NCBI GenBank assembly: GCA_022842985.1
Contig: JALHON010000025.1
Span: forward strand, 4,360 to 28,359
Direction: 5' to 3'
Source of the DNA: Acidobacteriota bacterium
Lineage (GTDB): Bacteria; Acidobacteriota; Vicinamibacteria; Vicinamibacterales; UBA2999
DNA: 24,000 nt
In this document: in pieces, positions 20,390 to 24,000 of the stretch
Layout of the letters: each line of letters opens with the position of its first letter
Position numbering within the stretch: position 1 is the first letter of the stretch
Program-made: the position numbers and the translations under genes
Notes under the pieces: model-generated
Seen by the model: only the letters and a program-made list of their open reading frames with translations
Told to the model about the DNA's origin: nothing
Databases searched by the model: none

Positions 20390-20564
20390 GCGGCGCCCCT
20401 CGCGATCCCTCGATCTCCTCACAAACCTGAGTTTTTTCGCGGATCGTGCCCGCGAGCGACTTGGCTGGAGTGGGCTGAAATCGCCCTGTCTTTGCCCGCC
20501 GCAGGGACAATGTCGGGGACAGTGCGACGTCCCTGTTTCGCGCGGCGTCTCCCGCTGCGACAAA

Positions 20565-20589
20565 GGCTGGCCGAAGCGCCCGGCCAGTC
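20565..20589 (-). terminator. Candidate intrinsic terminator of the parDE operon
   Basis: The minus strand reads GACTGGCCG-GGCGCTT-CGGCCAGCC followed by TTTGTC. That gives 7 contiguous GC-rich pairs and a short U-tract, about 35 nt downstream of the parE stop. Confidence 0.35.
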
Positions 20590-20624
20590 GCGGCATGAGG
20601 CGTCGTTGTCGGCGCAGCGGACCG

Positions 20625-20927
20625 CTAGATTCCCTTGAGCACCTGCTCGACGTCCCGCGCGCCGTGCACCACTGCGACGATGGTCAGCGGGTCGCTGGCC
20701 GGGTCGTAGACCACCAGGTAGGACAACACGCGCCAGAACTTCACAGGGCGTTGTGTGAGGTCCTCGCGGAGGTGACCGATCTCGCGATTGGCGGCGAGCA
20801 TCTCGAACGCCTCCTCGAGCGCATCGTAGACCGTGAGCGCCGCGTCGACGCTCTCTTGGGCGATGAATGTCCCGATCGCGTCGAGCTGGTTGCGCGCTTC
20901 CTGCGAGAGCCGGTAGTGCCGGCTCAC
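20625..20927 (-). CDS. parE: Type II toxin, ParE/RelE superfamily
   Basis: 100 aa: MSRHYRLSQEARNQLDAIGTFIAQESVDAALTVYDALEEAF..L...REIGHLREDL....VKFWRV..YLVVYD......LTIVAVVHGARD. This is the typical ParE layout. Its GTG start overlaps the upstream antitoxin stop (GTGA). Confidence 0.8.
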   Translation of the reverse strand: MSRHYRLSQEARNQLDAIGTFIAQESVDAALTVYDALEEAFEMLAANREIGHLREDLTQRPVKFWRVLSYLVVYDPASDPLTIVAVVHGARDVEQVLKGI

Positions 20928-21178
20928 GCGCGCTTCTTGCCCCCGTGCTTCAGGCGCTGCCGGGCCTCGGCCATTGCCTGCGGGCCGTCGTGCAGATCAC
21001 CGGCGAGTGCTTGCACCCAGCCCCGCTCGATCGACGCACTGACGCGGGCGCGCATCTCGTCGTGCTCCTTCAGCAGGCGCAGCCCTTCGCGCACGACCTC
21101 GCTGGCGTTGTTGTAGAGGCCGCTCTCGACCTTTCGATCGACGAAATGTTCGAGCTCTGGCGTGAGTGACACGTTCAT
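20924..21178 (-). CDS. parD: Type II antitoxin, ParD-type ribbon-helix-helix
   Basis: I place the start at ATG 21178, giving 84 aa: MNVSLTPELEHFVDRKVESGLYNNASEVVREGLRLLKEHDEMR... This is the ParD/CC2985-type antidote signature. A GAGGG Shine-Dalgarno sits 6 nt upstream. The listed 200-aa ORF (to 21526) is an upstream run-on. Confidence 0.8.
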   Translation of the reverse strand: MNVSLTPELEHFVDRKVESGLYNNASEVVREGLRLLKEHDEMRARVSASIERGWVQALAGDLHDGPQAMAEARQRLKHGGKKRA

Positions 21179-21219
21179 AGGAGACCCTCGGGCGCGGCGT
21201 GGCGCCACCTTCCCCAAGA

Positions 21220-21246
21220 ATAACAGACTCTGGCAGAGTCCGTTAT
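21220..21246. promoter_or_regulatory. Near-perfect palindrome, candidate ParD operator / parDE promoter region
   Basis: ATAACAGACTCT-GGC-AGAGTCCGTTAT has 11 of 12 positions symmetric. It lies 42-68 nt upstream of the parD ATG in the divergent gap shared with the first metzincin-like gene. Confidence 0.45.
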
Positions 21247-21414
21247 CGAGCCCAGGCGCGGTCTCCTGAGGGCCGGCACACAGCGAGGTTCCGTATCGCG
21301 GACGCAGACGCGCAATCTTCTTGACCGGCCACCCGAGGGGGGTACACTGCCGTCGCCTCCCCACGCCACACTGGCGGCCGATCTCACCCGATCCCCCCAC
21401 GGTCGGAGTTCCTG

Positions 21415-21795
21415 ATGCTCGCTCGATCTTCTGCGCGGTTCCTGGCCGCGTGCGTTCTGGCCTGGTCGACGCCTGCCCTGGCCCAGGTGTCGACGTATCA
21501 CTTCCACACCGACGCCTCGACCGCACTGGTGTTCGAGAAGGTCGGCTACTTCAAGGCCATGCTGCACGAAGTTGGCCATGCCCTCGGGTTGACGCACCCA
21601 TGGTCTCCTCTTAAGGATCAACCAGAGTCTTTTCCGATCAAGCGCGGCGGCACTGTGATGAACGGCTTCGCATTCGCTAAGCCCACTGGAACCCAGCCGC
21701 CCGCCTACTATCGAGATGACCCGTTCGGCAATGTTGCACTGAAGCCGACCATCTGCGATATCTATGGCGTTGTCGATGCGGCGTTCCGCCAGTAG
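21415..21795 (+). CDS. Small secreted HExxHxxGxxH zinc-metalloprotease-like protein (mini-metzincin, copy 1)
   Basis: 126 aa. The Sec signal is MLARSSARFLAACVLAWSTPALA|QV. The zinc motif is HEVGHALGLTH (nt 21565-21597). GTVMN is a Met-turn candidate, and the C-terminal PTICDIYGVV resembles the matrixin DDIxGIQ helix. A GGAG Shine-Dalgarno sits 6 nt before the ATG. Confidence 0.75.
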   Translation: MLARSSARFLAACVLAWSTPALAQVSTYHFHTDASTALVFEKVGYFKAMLHEVGHALGLTHPWSPLKDQPESFPIKRGGTVMNGFAFAKPTGTQPPAYYRDDPFGNVALKPTICDIYGVVDAAFRQ

Positions 21796-22450
21796 CGCCA
21801 CGGCGGTCGCCGTGGCGGTCGCCTTCGGTGTTGCGTGTGCCTCGAGGGGCGCTGCCCCATGGTCACCCCCAGCGCTTGCGCGCCTTCCTGACCTCCCTCC
21901 CGGCCGCGTCCGTGTCGTTGAGGCGGAGTTTCGCAAAACGTTGCGTGAACAGCTTCTGCCTGGCGACGAGGTGGTGCACTTCCTCGCGACGGGGCAACCG
22001 GAGTCCGTGGGCCCGAAGCTCGAGGAGCTCGCGCAGGCGGTGGCGATCTCGGACGAAGTCCTGCTCGTAGAGGTCACCGAGACGAGCACAGAGCTCATCT
22101 ACAAGGAGACCTGGGCGCACACCGTTGTCCGGTCGCGCGTCACGTCGGTGTTCAAAGCGCCTCCAGGGTCCGTTCGCATCGGCGACGAACGCCTGTTCGA
22201 GATCGGCGGCGGGCAAGTCGTGATCGATGGCGTGATCGTGCAGGTGCTCAGCCCGATGCCGTATGCCAAGGGGCGTCGCTACTTGGTGACCTTTGGGCGT
22301 AAGGATTCCTTTGACGGTCTCTACCGGCCCTATGGGGCGATGCCGCTGCTCCAACAGGGGAACTCGTTCCTGGCATATCCTGGGTTCTCCGAGCATCTGA
22401 GTGGTGTCACGATTGATGACGTCCGCCGCGCTGTGAATGCGACACGCTAG
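21764..22450 (+). CDS. Secreted/possible lipoprotein partner of mini-metzincin, unknown family (copy 1)
   Basis: 228 aa. The N-terminus MALSMRRSASSATAVAVAVAFGVACAS is signal-like, with a possible lipobox GVAC. It overlaps the upstream gene by 32 nt. It is colinear with the hand-translated ORF at 23356..24000. Confidence 0.65.
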   Translation: MALSMRRSASSATAVAVAVAFGVACASRGAAPWSPPALARLPDLPPGRVRVVEAEFRKTLREQLLPGDEVVHFLATGQPESVGPKLEELAQAVAISDEVLLVEVTETSTELIYKETWAHTVVRSRVTSVFKAPPGSVRIGDERLFEIGGGQVVIDGVIVQVLSPMPYAKGRRYLVTFGRKDSFDGLYRPYGAMPLLQQGNSFLAYPGFSEHLSGVTIDDVRRAVNATR

Positions 22451-22853
22451 GCGCTCAGTACCTGGCTTCGGAGGATGACGCGAACAGGTAGCCCAAAGTT
22501 TTCGAGGCGATCCTGCTCGGTGTGGCGGCGGCGCCCGACGGCGACAAAGGACGATGCTGGCGGCAAGATGTTCGCGGCGTGTTCACTCGGCGGCTGGTGC
22601 GATTCGCGGCCGCCACTGACGATGTCGTCAGCACCCCGACCGATGAGGCTGCCGGTCTAACAACCGCGCTCGGCGACCCAAGGCCGTGCGATAGAGGCGA
22701 GAATCAACCGCGCGGGCCGAACCATTCGTGCAGCGGTCCTTCAGTCCGCTACCTTTCCGTTTCACGCAATCTGGACGCCCAGGACGAGATGTGACTGACC
22801 GAGTGCATCGCTGATGCCTCCATCGAGAAGTCTTCTCGCATCAACGAGTTGCT

Positions 22854-23372
22854 GTGGAGCGCGAACATCCGCCAAGCGAATGGAGTAACCCCAACGGGCG
22901 ATCGCGCTCCGCCTTTGGCGGCTTGCCCGGCGCTGAGATCCTGGTGGTGACGGGGACAATCTCAGGAACAGTCGCCCGGAGAAAGCAGGACCTCCTTGTG
23001 AATCCCTTGACCAACAGGCCGAGAGTCGGAGGTTTCATAGGCACTACGTTCGCGCCCAACAATCGGGTCTTGAAAGGCGTGATGTTCTTCACGAGCAATG
23101 AGAGCGTCCTGTTGCTCGAAGATGGCTACTACAAGACAACACTTCACGAAGGCGGTCATGCAGTGGGGCTGGACCACCCGAACCTTACCCCACTCTATCC
23201 ACAGGGTATCCCTGGTTGGTCGGCGCGGCCGGTAGGCACCGTCATGAACCCGATGGGCACCCTTGAAAACCCGGCAACTCCAGTACAGGGTCTCGATGAC
23301 TTTCTTAACTTTGTTCCGCGAACTCCAACGAAGTGTGACATCGAGGCGGTGCGCCGTGCTGCAGCGCAATAG
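22854..23372 (+). CDS. HExxHxxGxxH zinc-metalloprotease-like protein (mini-metzincin, copy 2; start uncertain, no signal peptide seen)
   Basis: It has HEGGHAVGLDH (nt 23145-23177), GTVMNP and PTKCDIEAVRR, colinear with copy 1. The frame is closed by TGA at 22812-22814, so there is no room for an N-terminal signal. An alternative start is ATG 23082, preceded by AAAGG. Confidence 0.6.
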   Translation: MEREHPPSEWSNPNGRSRSAFGGLPGAEILVVTGTISGTVARRKQDLLVNPLTNRPRVGGFIGTTFAPNNRVLKGVMFFTSNESVLLLEDGYYKTTLHEGGHAVGLDHPNLTPLYPQGIPGWSARPVGTVMNPMGTLENPATPVQGLDDFLNFVPRTPTKCDIEAVRRAAAQ

Positions 23373-24000
23373 CCGCTACGTGGCCCTCATCGCTGGCGTC
23401 GGCTGCTTCGCGATTTTCTGGATGTTTGGCGTTGAGGTGGGTGCACAAGCGACCTTGCGCACGCGCATGGTGTTTTTCGACACCTTTCCGATTGAAGACA
23501 AGCTGCGCCCCGACGACGAGGTCGTCATTGTGGAGATGCGGGCCGACGAGGCGGTCACCGACAAAGGTCTCTCGGGACTGGCCGCGCTTCGCTCAGCGGC
23601 GCGCCGTCGAACTGCCATGGTTGCGACTGTCGATGTTGCCGACGTAAGGGGCGAATCGGCGTTGGGCGGTGCCTGGGTTCACACGGTCTTCCGAGGCACG
23701 GTGGCTCAGGTTCACCGTATCGGCCCAGACGTGGATCGCCGTCACCGAATACGGAATGGAGAGCGCATCGAGTTTCACGTTAGCGGTGGCGAGATCAAGG
23801 TTAGAAACGTCATCGTCAGGGCGCAACCTGTCATCCCGTTTCCAGCGTCTCGTCAGTACGTCGTGTTTCTGTCTGGCAGACAAGGCGAACAAGGCCTGAA
23901 CGTGACCGCTACACCGCTGCTCGTTGACGGCGAGAATCTCGTTGCCGTGGCGTCGGCGAACAGTTCGATGGCTGGCCTAACCTTGGGAGATCTGAGGCGT
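23356..24000 (+). CDS. Secreted partner protein, copy 2 (3' end outside window; absent from supplied ORF track)
   Basis: Hand translation shows this frame open from 23248 to 24000. From GTG 23356 it reads MLQRNSRYVALIAGVGCFAIFWMFGVEVGAQATLRTRMVFFDTFPIEDKLRPDDEVVIVE...WVHTVFRGTVAQV...GERIEFHVSGGEIKVRNVIVRA...RQYVVFLSGRQG...PLLVDGENLVAV...GLTLGDLRR. Blocks are colinear with 21764..22450. It overlaps the upstream gene by 17 nt. Other possible starts are TTG 23263, ATG 23296, TTG 23311 and GTG 23335. Confidence 0.6.
   Translation, partial: MLQRNSRYVALIAGVGCFAIFWMFGVEVGAQATLRTRMVFFDTFPIEDKLRPDDEVVIVEMRADEAVTDKGLSGLAALRSAARRRTAMVATVDVADVRGESALGGAWVHTVFRGTVAQVHRIGPDVDRRHRIRNGERIEFHVSGGEIKVRNVIVRAQPVIPFPASRQYVVFLSGRQGEQGLNVTATPLLVDGENLVAVASANSSMAGLTLGDLRR

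Noticed and set aside
20345-20435. A complete about 90-nt tRNA-Ser
   Set aside because: I tried several variable-arm and T-arm registers. I found no 5-bp stem with a TTCRAnn loop followed by a strand complementary to GGAGGGA. A 5+7+5 hairpin at 20438-20454 (CGCGG ATCGTGC CCGCG) is not followed by an acceptor complement. I therefore report only the 5' portion, and a tRNA-finder run could overturn this.
20351-21116. Plus-strand ORFs 20351..20638 and 20388..21116
   Set aside because: The first begins by translating the tRNA-Ser-like sequence (MAEWLMAAVLKTV), a classic artefact. The second is antisense to parE/parD.
21175-22098. 307-aa minus-strand ORF, and the run-on of the parD ORF to 21526
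   Set aside because: These overlap the plus-strand metzincin-like and partner genes, which have an SD, signal peptides, a zinc motif and a paralogous second copy. The parD homology begins only at ATG 21178.
23376-23892. Listed short ORFs 23376..23618 (-), 23426..23647 (+) and 23593..23892 (-)
   Set aside because: All overlap the longer open plus-strand frame (23248 to the window end). That frame's product has a signal-like N-terminus and is colinear with the 21764..22450 protein. The short ORFs have Arg/Ser/Ala-rich off-frame composition.

Overview
This is a high-GC bacterial chromosomal window. Hand counts of a few 60-nt lines give about 70% GC in the core.

Positions 1 to about 20,100 are an ordinary, densely packed housekeeping block:
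- gyrB (5' end cut by the window) followed by gyrA.
- A convergent PcrA/UvrD-family helicase.
- A minus-strand string rsmI-glmU-glmS(-pcrA).
- A DUF885-like protein and an FmdB-type zinc-ribbon protein.
- galU divergent from serS.
- A GntP-family permease and a 2-TM orphan protein.
- A 742-aa secreted repeat protein (4 CarboxypepD_reg-like repeats plus 3 FN3 domains). That architecture suggests an Acidobacteriota-like genome, which is inference only.

Adjacent gyrB-gyrA suggests proximity to the replication origin, also inference.

From about 20,345 to the window end the character changes:
- GC drops to about 55-62% in sampled lines.
- There is a tRNA-Ser(UGA) 5' portion for which I cannot find a T-arm or a 3' acceptor strand.
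- A ParD/ParE toxin-antitoxin pair follows, with a palindromic candidate operator.
- Then come two diverged tandem copies of a two-gene module. Each copy is a very small HExxHxxGxxH (metzincin-type) protein plus an overlapping secreted partner of about 200 aa with no recognisable family.
- The second partner gene is not in the supplied ORF track because it runs off the window end. I found it by hand translation.

This duplicated mini-metzincin/partner module is my best candidate for an undescribed system. Its function is unknown, and every functional idea offered here is inference.

A secondary oddity is a G-run/C-run imperfect inverted repeat that encloses a perfect 14-bp palindrome between glmS and pcrA. 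Copies of its core motif also occur after gyrB.

I saw no CRISPR array, rRNA, IS element, transposase or integrase.
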